From assembly GCA_963844035.1 (NCBI GenBank), contig CAWJMT010000037.1, positions 192,001 to 256,000 of the forward strand: DNA of 64,000 nucleotides, read 5' to 3'. Made by a program: the position numbers and the translations under genes. Numbering within the stretch: position 1 is the first letter of the stretch; each line of letters begins with the position of its first letter. The notes under the pieces were generated by a model. It searched no databases, was not told where the DNA came from, and was given only the letters and a program-made list of their open reading frames with translations. The DNA comes from an uncultured Gemmatimonadales bacterium. GTDB taxonomy: Bacteria > Gemmatimonadota > Gemmatimonadetes > Gemmatimonadales > GWC2-71-9. Positions 34,898 through 45,612 of the stretch are shown piece by piece.

Positions 34898-34920
34898 CGG
34901 TCGGAGGGGTACCGAGCCGC

Positions 34921-36268
34921 ATGATTTTATCGCGGCAACGTTTCATCCCGGTGCTCCTTGTCATGCTTCTGGGGGGGTCGTGCGCACCACGTCCCCAGAT
35001 GGCCCCGCGGGGGCCGATGCCCGACGTCGCCAACATGGTGCCCGTTCGCGCGCGCACCGTGTACCGCGAGATGGGTCTGATGGTCGATACGTCGCGCCTG
35101 CCCTTCGTGGCCTCCGTGCGATACCTCGCCAGCGCCTCTCCCGACTCCACACTGCTCCTTTTCGCGATGTCGCTGGCGAACCGGGCGTTGAACTTCCGGC
35201 GCGACAGCAGCGATATGGTCGCTGACTACCACGTCGAGCTGACCGTCCGGAGCGACAGCAACATCGTCCGCCAGGTCAATCGGGACGAGAAGGTGCGCGT
35301 TCGATCGGTTGCCGAGACGATGCGGCGCGATGAGAGCATCATCTTCCAGCAAATCCTCGTGGTACGTCCCGGGATCTACACGGTGAGCGTCGTGGCGCGG
35401 GACCGCACCAGCCCGGCCTACGCCCATTTCCAGCTGCTCGACACGGTGCCGCAGTTCGGCACGCCCGGGCTGGGCTGGCCGTTGCCGATCTACGAGGGAG
35501 CGGGGCGCACGCGGCAGACGCTCATGCCCGAGCTGGTGGCCAATCCGCGGGGGGCGACGCCGTATGGGGAATCGGCCCGCTTCTACGTGGAGGGCTACGG
35601 GTTTGCGCGGGGCACCCGGGTCGCGGCGCGGATCGTCGATCTCGACAGCGTCGAGCTGTGGCGGGACACACTCACGTTCGCGGATGGCCCGCTGGCGACC
35701 GTGCAGTTCGTGGTCAAGCCGGGCGTGCTTCCCGTCGGCCGCGCGATGTTCGAGGTCCACGCGGTCGGAGGCACGGCGCACACGGTCACGCCGCTCCTGA
35801 TCACGTTCTCGGACGGGTGGGCGGTGCAATCGGTTCGAGCAGACGGTGGATTTGCTGCGCTATTTCCCCCGCCAGGACCTGGTGGCGACCCTCAGGGCCG
35901 CGCCACGCGAGCAGCGGGCGGCGGCGTGGCGGGAATTCTACCGGGCGAGCGATCCGACGCCCGCCACCCCGCAGAACGAGCCGCTCGACAAATACTTCCA
36001 TCGGATCGAGATCGCCAACCAGCGCTACGGCGAACCCACGGGTCCCGGGTGGAAGACCGACCGCGGCCAGGTGTACATCACGCTGGGCGATGCTGATCAG
36101 GCATTCGAGGTGCCCGGCAAGTACGCGCCCGGCCTGCGGTGGGAGTACACGTCGTATCACGTGGTCCTGGCCTTTCAGGACGAAGCAGGGACGGGCAAGT
36201 ACTTACTGACGGAGCAGTCGCGGGCGGACTACGAGCGAATCCTCGACCAGGTGCGGAGAGAGAATTGA
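34921..36268 (+). CDS. GWxTD domain-containing lipoprotein (frameshift near 35840)
   Basis: LGGSC lipobox; DPTPATPQNE..YFHRIEIANQRY..GWKTDRGQVYITLG. Confidence 0.85.
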
Positions 36269-36294
36269 ACCGGACGGCGATGGAGGTTGGGACG

Positions 36295-36920
36295 ATGCGG
36301 GGTGCCCTGTTCGTGGCGACGGTCCTTGCCGTGACGCCGGCGCTTGCCGCGCAGAAGAAGACCGATTCCACGATGCCGTTGCCGGAGACGTCGCGGCGCA
36401 TGCGGAATCTCGAGCCCAAAGCCGGGAGCGAGGGACCGAACGTCCAGGTGCATGAGGTCTGGCAGGTCGGGGCACCGCCGGAGATGCTGTTGTCGTGGTA
36501 CCTGCGGCGGCTCAACTGGCTCAGCCCGAACAAGGACCGCGTGCTGGACACGTCCGAAGTGCGGGCCGCGGATACGCGGCCGCCGATGACCTATCACATC
36601 ACGTTCCATACGTTCGACGACGAATGCCGCGATCCGGGGTGGACGCCGCCCCCGCCGGATAGTCCAGCCACCGCCCTGTAAGGTCTGGAGGCTCGGCAGG
36701 GAAAAGCGGCGCGTGCTCGAGAACAACCGCGTTGGTTTCGAGCAATCCGTCTGGATCGACAGCGTCACCTTCATGTGGATGACCCGTGAGCTCAGCGGTG
36801 AGATCTTGCGCCGCACGATCGTGCTGCGGGACGCCGGGATCACGGACGATTGGAAGCGGTACAACCTCGTGTCGCAGATTACCCTGTGAGCGCGAGGCGT
36901 TGACGCCGCCCACGCAGTAG
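36295..36920 (+). CDS. Secreted hypothetical protein, paralog A (frameshifted)
   Basis: Signal peptide ending ALA; PEMLLSWY, HTFDDECRD, VWID, RDAG, SQITL. Confidence 0.6.
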
Positions 36921-36986
36921 CAGGCGGATTGGCGCGCCCCATGTCGGGTGCGGCGCCCGATGAGCCCCGATAGCCAGAGAGGTTGC

Positions 36987-37713
36987 GTGCGAGACCTGCC
37001 GCTGTATCCGGTGCCGTTCTCCCGCGCCGTGTGGGGCGCCGTGCTCGCGGCGGCGGTGACGACGCTCGCGCCGGCGCTCGGCGCGCAGGCGCTCGACCCG
37101 ACGATGCCGCTCCCACCCGGCGCGAGTCGCGAGAAGGGTGCGGAGACGAGCGACGGATCGAACGGCCGGTGGGTCCAGGTGTACCGCTCGGCGCTCCGGT
37201 GGAAATGCTGCTGGGGTGGTACCAGCGGAAGATGACCCCGGGTGCCGACGTCGCGCTCGACACCGTCGATCTCGCAGCCCGGCGAGGTGACGCTGGCCAG
37301 CTCGCACGTGACGGAGCACAGCTTCGACGACGAATGCGCCGACACGGCCGCGAGTGTACTTCCGGCGTTCGGCTCCAACCCGCCGTGCAAGAAGTGGCGC
37401 CGTGGGATCGGACAAGCGGCGCGCCCTGCAAAACTCCCGCCTCGGGATTCGCGAGGGCGTGTGGATCGATCATTTCACGATCACGTGGTACAGTCGCGAG
37501 AGCAATGGGGACCTGGTGCGCCGGCAGATCGTGGTGCGCGACGCGGGGCTGACGAGCAACTGGCAGCACGATCAACTGCGCTCGCAAATCACGCTCGAGC
37601 GCGTGACGAGACCCACGCCGCCCGCAGCCCCCGCGGCGGCCGCGCGCTCCCGTGGACACCATGGCCCCAGGACGCGGTGCGGAGCGGCTCCAGCGGACAC
37701 CACGGCCCCGTAG
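36987..37713 (+). CDS. Secreted hypothetical protein, paralog B (frameshifted)
   Basis: Signal peptide; VEMLLGWY, HSFDDECAD, PPCKKWRR, VWID, RDAG, SQITL. Confidence 0.6.
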
Positions 37714-37740
37714 CGAATTCTTATCTTGTAGGCTCGTTTG

Positions 37741-37813
37741 GGGGCGGTAGCTCAGTTGGGAGAGCACCTGGTTTGCAACCAGGGGGTCGTGGGTTCGAAT
37801 CCCATCCGCTCCA
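37741..37813 (+). tRNA. tRNA-Ala(TGC), copy 1
   Basis: GGGGCGG/CCGCTCC acceptor stem with G3:U70; anticodon arm CCTGG-TTTGCAA-CCAGG; TTCGAAT T-loop; no encoded CCA. Confidence 0.96.
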
Positions 37814-38129
37814 TCACTCGGGCCCCGGCCCGGCAGCGTGTGTCCTCGGTTTCCACCCTTCCGTCATAAGACCATCCGAGGGTCCGGAGGCATCTGGCTG
37901 GAAACGACCACGGGGCGCGTGGGTCTGGTATCGGTCACGCCACAGACCCTAGTGTCGAGGCGGCATCTTCGCCAAAGCGGCGCTGAGCCTCCATGGCGTG
38001 ATCCAACCTCGCAAGCGTTCCGATCAAATAACAGAACCATGAAGGGACGATGAAATTTCGTCAGAGTCCTGGACTCGAATCCTCTCGGCGTACTATGATC
38101 TGTCATGCGCTAGTGCCGAGGAGGCCTTT

Positions 38130-38525
38130 ATGCGTCTCGCAAGTGTCTGCATGCTCACCCTCGCGATCCTCTCAACTCCGGCGTGCTACCGAACGAAGGT
38201 GGTCAGCGTCGCCGCCGCGCCCGCCGACACGCGCGCGTGGCTGACCCTGAGCGATCAATCGGTGGTGCTTCTTTACGGTCCGCAAATCTACGGCAAGCGG
38301 TTGGTGGGGTACGTGGACGGCAGGTACGAGGAATACCTCATTACCGACGTGAAGGAGGTGCATGTGCGCCGACTGGACGGCGCCCGCACAGCCGCAATGA
38401 TTACCGCGGGCGCGTTGGGGTTCGTCGGATTCGCATATGTGCTCACTGGTGCGGCAAAGAGTAATCCGCCGGACTATTGCGATGCGCCGGAGCACGTGGA
38501 CGAGCCCATATGTCAAAGTATGTGA
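38130..38525 (+). CDS. Small lipoprotein/membrane hypothetical protein, copy 1
   Basis: RBS GAGGAGG; LSTPAC lipobox-like; C-terminal TM and two Cys; paralog at 39997. Confidence 0.7.
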   Translation: MRLASVCMLTLAILSTPACYRTKVVSVAAAPADTRAWLTLSDQSVVLLYGPQIYGKRLVGYVDGRYEEYLITDVKEVHVRRLDGARTAAMITAGALGFVGFAYVLTGAAKSNPPDYCDAPEHVDEPICQSM

Positions 38526-39330
38526 TGCGTCTTACCTCCTCGCGATTGCGGTGTGCTGGCGCCGGAGCCATGCTGTGCCTGCTTGGCAGCGCGCTCGCCC
38601 AGGCGCAGGGACCGGGTCGCTGGACCGTGGATGCGAAATGGAGTCTGGCGTGGTGGCAGGTGGATCCGCATCTGAACCATCTGTGGGCGACGACGTGTCC
38701 GGCGGAGCCCTCGTGGCAACCCGGCGAGGGCCGCAGCACCGGATGGTCTGTCCGTACGGGCCCCGACATCAAGACCTACTCATTTGCCGCCGTTTCCGAC
38801 ACGATCCACGTGCCCCTCTATCCGCGACGCACGGCGCGCCCGATCTGCAAGGAAGCGGTGCAGGGCCATCTCGTGGTCTCCGACTCCGTCACTGGCCGGG
38901 GCGCGTGGGGAGAGATCATCGTCAAGGCCGAGTCGCTCGTCATGGGTGAGGAGCGACGCGCGCAGTATGCCCGCGAGATGGTGTTCGAGACGGTGAGGTA
39001 CCCCGACATTCGGTTCCAGCTCGACAGTTTCGTGAACGTGACCCGGCAGGCCGACACACTCCACGGGACGGCCGTCGGAGTCTTGTTCTTGCACGGGTTT
39101 GCCAAGACCGTCTCCGCCGTGGTGAAAGTGTATCCCGACTCCGAAGCCGGGGGCATCCGCGTATTCGCCCGGATCCGCGAGCCTTCACGGGCCTTCGCCA
39201 CACATTTCTGGCCAGGATGCAGCTATCGGGGGTGCATCTTCTCCCTGGGGGTGAGGACGGACATCTGGAAACACTTCTTCTTCGGGGTCGACCTAATACT
39301 GCGTCCGGAAGAGCTCCCCGTCTTCGGACG
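38525..39330 (+). CDS. Secreted YceI-like beta-barrel protein; natural stop apparently lost
   Basis: Signal peptide; WTVD..SLAWWQ, FETVRYPDIRFQ, GVLFLHG; TGATG coupling to the upstream gene. Confidence 0.5.
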
Positions 39331-39439
39331 GCGCGGTATCGCGGCAGCACTCTCGGGTGTCGTCCTCCCAGCGGGACCCGAGACCCGCTGCCGCCAGAGT
39401 GATCCTTACCGCGGCGATCGCCGCGGGACGGCCGTGCAC

Positions 39440-39512
39440 GTCGGCGTCCACTCGAGCCGGCAGTCACGCCACCCCCCACTCAGGCATGCAGGGCACGATC
39501 GTCGTGCTGTAG
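39440..39512 (+). pseudogene. Remnant of a cupredoxin C-terminus
   Basis: Reads AGSHATPHSGMQGTIVVL-stop; lacks the Cys ligand and any start. Confidence 0.35.
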
Positions 39513-39545
39513 GTCACGCTCCGTCGTTATCTTGTAGGCTCGTTC

Positions 39546-39618
39546 GGGGCGGTAGCTCAGTTGGGAGAGCACCTGGTTTGCAACCAGGGGGTCGTGGGTT
39601 CGAATCCCATCCGCTCCA
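39546..39618 (+). tRNA. tRNA-Ala(TGC), copy 2
   Basis: Identical 73-nt sequence to 37741-37813. Confidence 0.96.
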
Positions 39619-39643
39619 TGTCGTCCTCCACACTAAGGGGAAC

Positions 39644-39910
39644 ATGCCAGATATCTCGGCGGGAGAAGCGTGGATTCTGAATTCACTCGGCGAAACGGCG
39701 GGGGAGATGGGAATCTCCGGGGCGCATGGCACGTGGCCTCCCCCGCTCGAGGGACTGAACACGGGAAGGTTCCACCTCACCGTCACGCTGGGGGCGAGGC
39801 AGCGGCGGGTGGCCTTTCTCTTGAAGGAGTTGGAGGACGTTTTGAAGACGCCGCGCATCCAAAGCGCGATTCGCTACCGGCTGGGCGGCGCGCTCCAGGC
39901 CATCCGCTAG
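39644..39910 (+). CDS. Small hypothetical protein
   Basis: RBS AAGGGG before ATG; 88-codon open frame. Confidence 0.45.
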   Translation: MPDISAGEAWILNSLGETAGEMGISGAHGTWPPPLEGLNTGRFHLTVTLGARQRRVAFLLKELEDVLKTPRIQSAIRYRLGGALQAIR

Positions 39911-39911
39911 A

Positions 39912-39970
39912 GGAAGCAATTCTTCTTCGGGGCCGACCTGATCTTGCATCCGGAGGAGCCCCCGTCATGA
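39912..39970 (+). pseudogene. 3' remnant of a second YceI-like gene
   Basis: KQFFFGADLILHPEEPPS-stop matches KHFFFGVDLILRPEELP at about 39268-39320. Confidence 0.65.
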
Positions 39971-39996
39971 GGACGGGCTCCTTCGATGGAGGTTTT

Positions 39997-40395
39997 ATGC
40001 GACTCACAACTGGTTTCCTGCTGGCCCTGGCGATCCTCTCGAGCCAGGCTTGCTACCGAACGAAGGCGGTCACCGTTGCCGACGCGCCCGCCGACACGCG
40101 GGCGTGGGTGACCCTGAGCGATCAATCGGTAGTGGTGGTGTACGGTCCGCAAATTTACGGCCCGCGGTTGGTGGGGTACGTACACGGCAGGTACGAGGAG
40201 TACCTCATCGCCGACGTGAAGGCGGTGCATGTGCGCCAGCCGGATGGCGCCCGCACGGCCGCATTGGCGACTTTGGGCGTGCTCACCGCGGCCGGACTGG
40301 CGTACTGGCTTGCGGAAGGTGGGTCGCATGAGCCACCAAGGCCCGACATCTGTGACACGGGAGAGGATCCCGACAATGAAATCTGCACCCAGTAG
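39997..40395 (+). CDS. Small lipoprotein/membrane hypothetical protein, copy 2
   Basis: ACYRTK..APADTRAW.TLSDQSVV..YGPQIYG.RLVGYV.GRYEEYLI shared with 38130-38525. Confidence 0.72.
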   Translation: MRLTTGFLLALAILSSQACYRTKAVTVADAPADTRAWVTLSDQSVVVVYGPQIYGPRLVGYVHGRYEEYLIADVKAVHVRQPDGARTAALATLGVLTAAGLAYWLAEGGSHEPPRPDICDTGEDPDNEICTQ

Positions 40396-40510
40396 GTAGC
40401 CGCAGACGGCTGTCTGCTCTGCAAACTGGAGCCTAGTCCGTTTTGGGATTTGCCGTCAAGCGGCGGCGCGGCCTCTTTCGCCCGCTGCCGGGCCGCGTGA
40501 CCTTTCACTC

Positions 40511-40909
40511 GTGATTCCGCCATACTCGCTCGCCGACTGGCAGCGCGACTGGGATGACGGTCGCCCCCTCCCATGCCCGAGCTGCGGCAGCAGCGAGAAC
40601 TTCAGCGCCCGGCAGGCGATGCTGCCGGATCGCTCGTTCCGCCGGTTTCGCTCCTGCAAGCGCTGCGGCATGTGCCAGGAGGCCGACGGTCAATCTGCTC
40701 CGTACCAGACCGTGCTGATGGCGCACGAGTGCGACGCGAAGATCGCAGCCGATGCGCAGTGCCGCGCGTGCGGCATGCGCGTTCGCAACCAGCGCCACCT
40801 GTGCCCGCGGATCGTTCGCGAAGGGGAGTCATTCACGTGCCCCGAATGCGGGACCGTCCTGGGTGATCAGCACCGCCGCCCGTGGCCCACGACCCCCACT
40901 CCACCATGA
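40511..40909 (+). CDS. Cys-rich multi zinc-ribbon hypothetical protein
   Basis: CPSC, CKRC, HEC, CRAC, HLC, CPEC. Confidence 0.6.
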   Translation: MIPPYSLADWQRDWDDGRPLPCPSCGSSENFSARQAMLPDRSFRRFRSCKRCGMCQEADGQSAPYQTVLMAHECDAKIAADAQCRACGMRVRNQRHLCPRIVREGESFTCPECGTVLGDQHRRPWPTTPTPP

Positions 40910-40916
40910 GACGCAT

Positions 40917-41399
40917 ATGAGCGACGTTCCACCCGCGGTCATCGCTGGCCTGCTCACGAGAATCGCACGGGAGGCATTCGAGGGACCTCCCGGTCCGTGG
41001 ACCTATTTCACGGATACCTCTGCCGGCGCAGGCGTCTTCGGTACCCTCGGCGCCGTGAGCGCCGCGGAGGCGTCCCGTCCTGCCGGTCCCGCCCAATCCA
41101 CGATCGCCGGGCACGTGCATCACCTGTGTTCGAGCCTCGCGCTCACGACGCGTGCGATTCGCGGCGGCCCGGCCGCACGAGACCGCAGTACGACCTGGAG
41201 CGTGACGGTGGTGGACGCCGCCCAGTGGACCGATCTGCAGGCACAGCTGCGTCGCGAATATGCCGCCCTGCTCGTGGCCCTGGGGACCCACGCGACGTGG
41301 GACGAGGAGACCCTGGGCGACGCGATCGGGGCGATCGCCCACACGGCCTACCATCTCGGCGCCGTGCGACAGCGGCTGGCGTTGCAGGGCACGGGCTGA
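40917..41399 (+). CDS. DinB-like protein
   Basis: SAAEAS, TIAGHVHH, AHTAYHLGAVRQ. Confidence 0.75.
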   Translation: MSDVPPAVIAGLLTRIAREAFEGPPGPWTYFTDTSAGAGVFGTLGAVSAAEASRPAGPAQSTIAGHVHHLCSSLALTTRAIRGGPAARDRSTTWSVTVVDAAQWTDLQAQLRREYAALLVALGTHATWDEETLGDAIGAIAHTAYHLGAVRQRLALQGTG

Positions 41400-41507
41400 A
41401 ACGCAACGGCCGCCGGTCTTGCCTCCCAGCCGGCACCTGAACTGGCCCGGCCGGTACTAGATTGAGCCGCGCGCTCCGCTGCGGTTCACCGGGAGGGAGA
41501 TCCCACA

Positions 41508-43925
41508 TTGATCACAGTCCGTCCGATGCGCGCCGTTTGCGCGGCGCTCGTGCTCGTGCTGGCCGCCATTGGGCCGGCCGAGGCGCAGCAGGGTGCGGCG
41601 GCTGCACCCACGGTGACGCTGTCCGGAACGGTGATCGACACCCTGTCGGGCCGGCCGCTCCGCCTCGCCGTCGTCCGCGTCGTCCAGACCGGCGTCACGG
41701 CGCTGACCGATGACGAGGGGCGCTACACCCTCGCCGTTCCCGCGGGGGAGGTGCAGATCGTGGTGCGGCGCATCGCCTTCGAGGCGGCTTCAGTGACGGT
41801 CACGGTGATACCGGGCGAACGCCCCGCGCCGCGGACCATCTATCTCCACCCGATCGCCATCGGTCTTGCGCCTGTCGTAGTGAGCGCGCGGGACGAGTTT
41901 GCGCGCACGGTGATGCGGCGCGCGATCGCCCGGAAGCACGCGCTGTTTGCCAACCTGCACGACTACCGCTACGACGCCTACGTGAAGTTCGTGTTGCGGG
42001 ACTTTGCGAAGCCCCAGGACAGCTCCTCCGCGGTGCTCATGATCTCGGAAACCCGGACCTCGGTTTATTGGGAGCAGCCCGATCACTACCAGGAAACGAT
42101 CCTGGCCCGGCGGGCGTCGAGCAACCTGGACCGGCAGCGCAACTTGGTGTCGGTGGGCGATATCGTGAACTTCACCAAGGAGCGGATCGACATCCAGAAG
42201 TACTCGGTGGTCTCGCCGATCGCCGACGACGCGTTGGACCACTACGACTACCGCGTCCTCGACACGCTCGCCGTGGATGGGCGCCGCGTGTTCCGGCTTG
42301 CCATCGAGCCGTTGTCGGCCGCATCGCCCTTGTTTGCGGGAATGATCGATGTCGCCGACTCGACGTACGACGTCATGGCGATCGACGTGGGGTTCAACGA
42401 AGCGGTGCGGTTCAGTTTTCTCGAGAACCTGCGCTACCGCCAGCGCCTCCGGGACATGGGCGGGGGCCGCTGGATGCCCTACGAGATCCGCCTGACCGGC
42501 CAAGTACACCTGGCCATACCCCTTCCCGGAGTGCCGGAGCGGATGCCGTTCGAACACGTGGCGATGCTCGACAATTTCCGGTTCGACCAGGGAAACCGGC
42601 CCGCCGATCTGGGAGAGGTCCAGATCGTCGTCCACGAGCGCGCCGACCGGGCCGACAGCGCGATCTGGGCCGCGCCGGGAGCAGTCGCGATCACCCCAGC
42701 CGAGCGGGATGCCTGGGCTCGCATCGATTCGGTCGAGCGCGTACCTCCCCCGGTGGGCAAGCGGATGTTCCAGGGTGCGGTCGCTGGGGTGCTGCTGTCC
42801 ACCAACGCGGACTTTTTCGACTACAGCCGCGTGGACGGGAGCGTTGTGGGCCTGGGTCGCACCTGGCTCGACATCCCGGGCGTGGTGTTGCGCACCAGGC
42901 TCGCGTATGGGACGAGCAGCGACACCTGGCAGTACCATTTCGGGGGCCGGGTGCGGGTGGAGGACGCGCATCGCATCTGGGTGGGCGGCGCGGTGTTCGA
43001 CGAAACGGCGAATCGCAAGGCGCTCGTGTCGAGCGAGTACAATCCCACCTACCGGGCCGTGCTGTTCAAGCTTGACCCGCTCGACTACTACCGGGAGCAG
43101 GGCTTTCACGTCACCCTGAGGGCCAAGCTGCTCAACTTCACCCGTTTCCTGCTTCGCTACACCGACGTGCAGCAGTCGAGCTTGGGCGTGCTGACCGACT
43201 ACTCGGTCTTTTCGGTGGACCGGCCGGTGCGGCCGAACCCTTTGATTACCGAGGGGAGGTTGCGCTCCCTGATGGCGTCCGTGACCTACGACTCGCGCCC
43301 GCTGCTCCAGGATGGAGGCCAGTCGTACTATTTGCAGACGCTGACGCGGACTCGTATCGTGCTCGATGCTGAAGCGGCATCGCCCAACCTGATTCCCAAC
43401 GACTTTGACTTCCGTCGCTACTCGCTCCGGATCGATCGAGAGCAGCGGACCTTCAACCTGGGACTCACCACCATCGTGGCCCAGGGGGCGCTCTCCACCG
43501 GAAACGTGCCGCCGCAGAACTACGTCGCGGTGGACTTCGGGATGCAGACCTACACCTTCCAGGGCAACGGATTCAACACGCTGAACGAAAACAACTTCTA
43601 CGGCACGCGCGCCGCGATGCTTGCCATCCAGCACGATTTTGATCGGCTGCTGTTCGCCAAGAGCCGCCTCCCGCTGGTGCGCGACCTGCCGCTCACCCTG
43701 AGCATCCACGGCGGGATATTTTGGACCGACTTTGCGAACCACACGCTGGCTCCGGGCGAATCGCTGCAGTACACGGATGCCGGGCCTTACGGAGAGGTGG
43801 GTTTCGGGGTCGGCAACCTGACCCCATTCCTCTCGCCGCTCAACCTCGCCGCATATTTCACCTGGCAGCTGTCGTCGTATTCAACCAGTCGGTTTGCGGT
43901 CGGCTTCGGGCTCACGCACCTGTGA
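41508..43925 (+). CDS. Outer-membrane protein with carboxypeptidase-regulatory-like N-domain (DUF5686-like)
   Basis: Signal peptide; GTVID..TDDEGRY; VSPIADDALDHYDYRVLDT; beta-barrel-like C-terminus. Confidence 0.75.
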   Translation: MITVRPMRAVCAALVLVLAAIGPAEAQQGAAAAPTVTLSGTVIDTLSGRPLRLAVVRVVQTGVTALTDDEGRYTLAVPAGEVQIVVRRIAFEAASVTVTVIPGERPAPRTIYLHPIAIGLAPVVVSARDEFARTVMRRAIARKHALFANLHDYRYDAYVKFVLRDFAKPQDSSSAVLMISETRTSVYWEQPDHYQETILARRASSNLDRQRNLVSVGDIVNFTKERIDIQKYSVVSPIADDALDHYDYRVLDTLAVDGRRVFRLAIEPLSAASPLFAGMIDVADSTYDVMAIDVGFNEAVRFSFLENLRYRQRLRDMGGGRWMPYEIRLTGQVHLAIPLPGVPERMPFEHVAMLDNFRFDQGNRPADLGEVQIVVHERADRADSAIWAAPGAVAITPAERDAWARIDSVERVPPPVGKRMFQGAVAGVLLSTNADFFDYSRVDGSVVGLGRTWLDIPGVVLRTRLAYGTSSDTWQYHFGGRVRVEDAHRIWVGGAVFDETANRKALVSSEYNPTYRAVLFKLDPLDYYREQGFHVTLRAKLLNFTRFLLRYTDVQQSSLGVLTDYSVFSVDRPVRPNPLITEGRLRSLMASVTYDSRPLLQDGGQSYYLQTLTRTRIVLDAEAASPNLIPNDFDFRRYSLRIDREQRTFNLGLTTIVAQGALSTGNVPPQNYVAVDFGMQTYTFQGNGFNTLNENNFYGTRAAMLAIQHDFDRLLFAKSRLPLVRDLPLTLSIHGGIFWTDFANHTLAPGESLQYTDAGPYGEVGFGVGNLTPFLSPLNLAAYFTWQLSSYSTSRFAVGFGLTHL

Positions 43926-43944
43926 CCGGACGGAGGAGGGGGAC

Positions 43945-44811
43945 ATGACGGTCTACCTGAACGGCACGTATCTCGATCGCGCCAAGGCGGTGGTCTCGGT
44001 GGACGACCGCGGCTTTCTCTTCGGAGACGGGGTCTACGAGGTGACCCGCGCGACCCAGGGACAGCTGTTCGAAGGCGAACGACACATGCGCCGCCTCGCG
44101 CGCGGACTGGACGGAATCGCGCTCGAGCTCCCAGCGGGGTTCGCCGGGGAGTTACTGGAGGTCTCCGAGCGCCTGTTGCGCGAGAACGCGCTGGAAGAAG
44201 GGGACGCGATCGTCTACCTCCAGGTCACACGGGGGACCGCGCCGCGCACGCACTATTTCCCCCCTCCCGGCACGAAGCCGACGGTGTTTCTGAGCGCCAC
44301 CCGGCTCAAGGTACCGGACGACGTGCGGGCGCGCGGCGCGAGCGTGATCACCCTGCCCGACGAGCGGTGGGGCCGCTGCGATTTGAAAACGGTGAACCTG
44401 CTGCCCAACGTGCTTGCCAAGCAAAAGGCGGTGATCGCGAAAGCGTTTGAGGCGGTGCTCGTGAGCGACGGCGTGATGATCGAGGGAGCAAGCAGCAATT
44501 CCTTCGCGGTCGTCAACGGAGTGCTGCGGACCCATCCGGCCACGCACCGCATTCTCGCCGGCATTACCCGCGAGGTGCTGCTCGAGCTTGCCGCGGAGCT
44601 CGGCATCCCGGTGGCCGAGCGGGCCGTCACCCTTGAGGAGCTGGCCGGGGCCAGTGAAGTGATGGTGACCGCCACGACCGCCGACGTCATGCCCGTCGTG
44701 CAGGTGGACGGCCGGCCGGTCGGGCAGGGGCGCCCGGGCCCGATCGCGGGCGCGCTGCATCGCGCGCTGCTCGCTCGCATGGCGCGGCGTCCCGCGCGGG
44801 TCGCCCGCTGA
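43945..44811 (+). CDS. dat: D-amino-acid transaminase (aminotransferase class IV)
   Basis: DRGFLFGDGVYEV, YLQVTRG, RCDLKTVNLL, EGASSN, ILAGITR. Confidence 0.85.
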   Translation: MTVYLNGTYLDRAKAVVSVDDRGFLFGDGVYEVTRATQGQLFEGERHMRRLARGLDGIALELPAGFAGELLEVSERLLRENALEEGDAIVYLQVTRGTAPRTHYFPPPGTKPTVFLSATRLKVPDDVRARGASVITLPDERWGRCDLKTVNLLPNVLAKQKAVIAKAFEAVLVSDGVMIEGASSNSFAVVNGVLRTHPATHRILAGITREVLLELAAELGIPVAERAVTLEELAGASEVMVTATTADVMPVVQVDGRPVGQGRPGPIAGALHRALLARMARRPARVAR

Positions 44812-44825
44812 TACCGCGGTCGGGC

Positions 44826-45612
44826 GTGATTTCAAAGGCTGGTGACGCGGCCGCGTGGCTGCCGTTCCTGTCGGAGCTGGCCGATGGCGCGGACCGCCTC
44901 GCGCTGCAGTTCTTCCGCAGCCGCGACCTCCGGGTGGACGAGAAGCCCGATTTGAGCCCCGTGACCGAGGCCGATCGTGCCATCGAAGCCATGGCGCGTC
45001 AGCTGCTGCGGGACCGGCACCCGGAAATGGGGGTCCTGGGCGAAGAGCAGGGCGAAGCCGTCGGCACAGCGGCAGCGCGTCTGATCATCGACCCGATCGA
45101 CGGCACTCGGAACTTCGTTCGGGGCATCCCGCTCTTCGGGGTGCTGCTGGCCGTGGAGGTCGGAGGAGAAGTCGTCGCCGGGGTGGCGAGCGCACCGGCG
45201 CTGCACACCCGCTGGCACGGGGCGCGGGGCGCGGGCGCGTTCCGGGACGGTCGGCGCATCGCCGTGTCGGGCGTGCGGGCGCTGGGGAATGCGCTGCTAC
45301 TTGCATGGGAATCTCGGCGCGGCAGAGCCCGCCCCTCCGGCCGGCTTTCCCGCGCTGGCGCGGCAGGTGGACCGCACGCGGGGGTTTGGGGACTTCTACC
45401 AGCACATCCTCGTGGCCGAGGGCGCGGGCGACATTGCGCTCGATCCGGAGGCGCACCCCTGGGATATTGCCGCCCTGCAGGTGATCGTCGAAGAGGCCGG
45501 CGGCAGGGCCACCACGCTCACCGGGGAGCGCTCGATCTACGCCGGCAGCCTCGTGACGTCGAACGGGGCGCTGCACCAGCAAGCGTTGGACACCCTGTGT
45601 GGGGCACCGTGA
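44826..45612 (+). CDS. hisN: Histidinol-phosphatase, inositol monophosphatase family (frameshifted)
   Basis: KPDLSPVTEADR, GEE, IDPIDGTRNFVRG, RGFGDFY, WDIAAL. Confidence 0.8.

Noticed and set aside
37741..39618. Prophage or integrative element bounded by attL/attR
   Set aside because: No integrase or phage genes; both tRNAs are complete and share 5' leaders
38477..39910. 477-aa ORF as one real protein
   Set aside because: It runs through a complete tRNA gene and joins unrelated pieces
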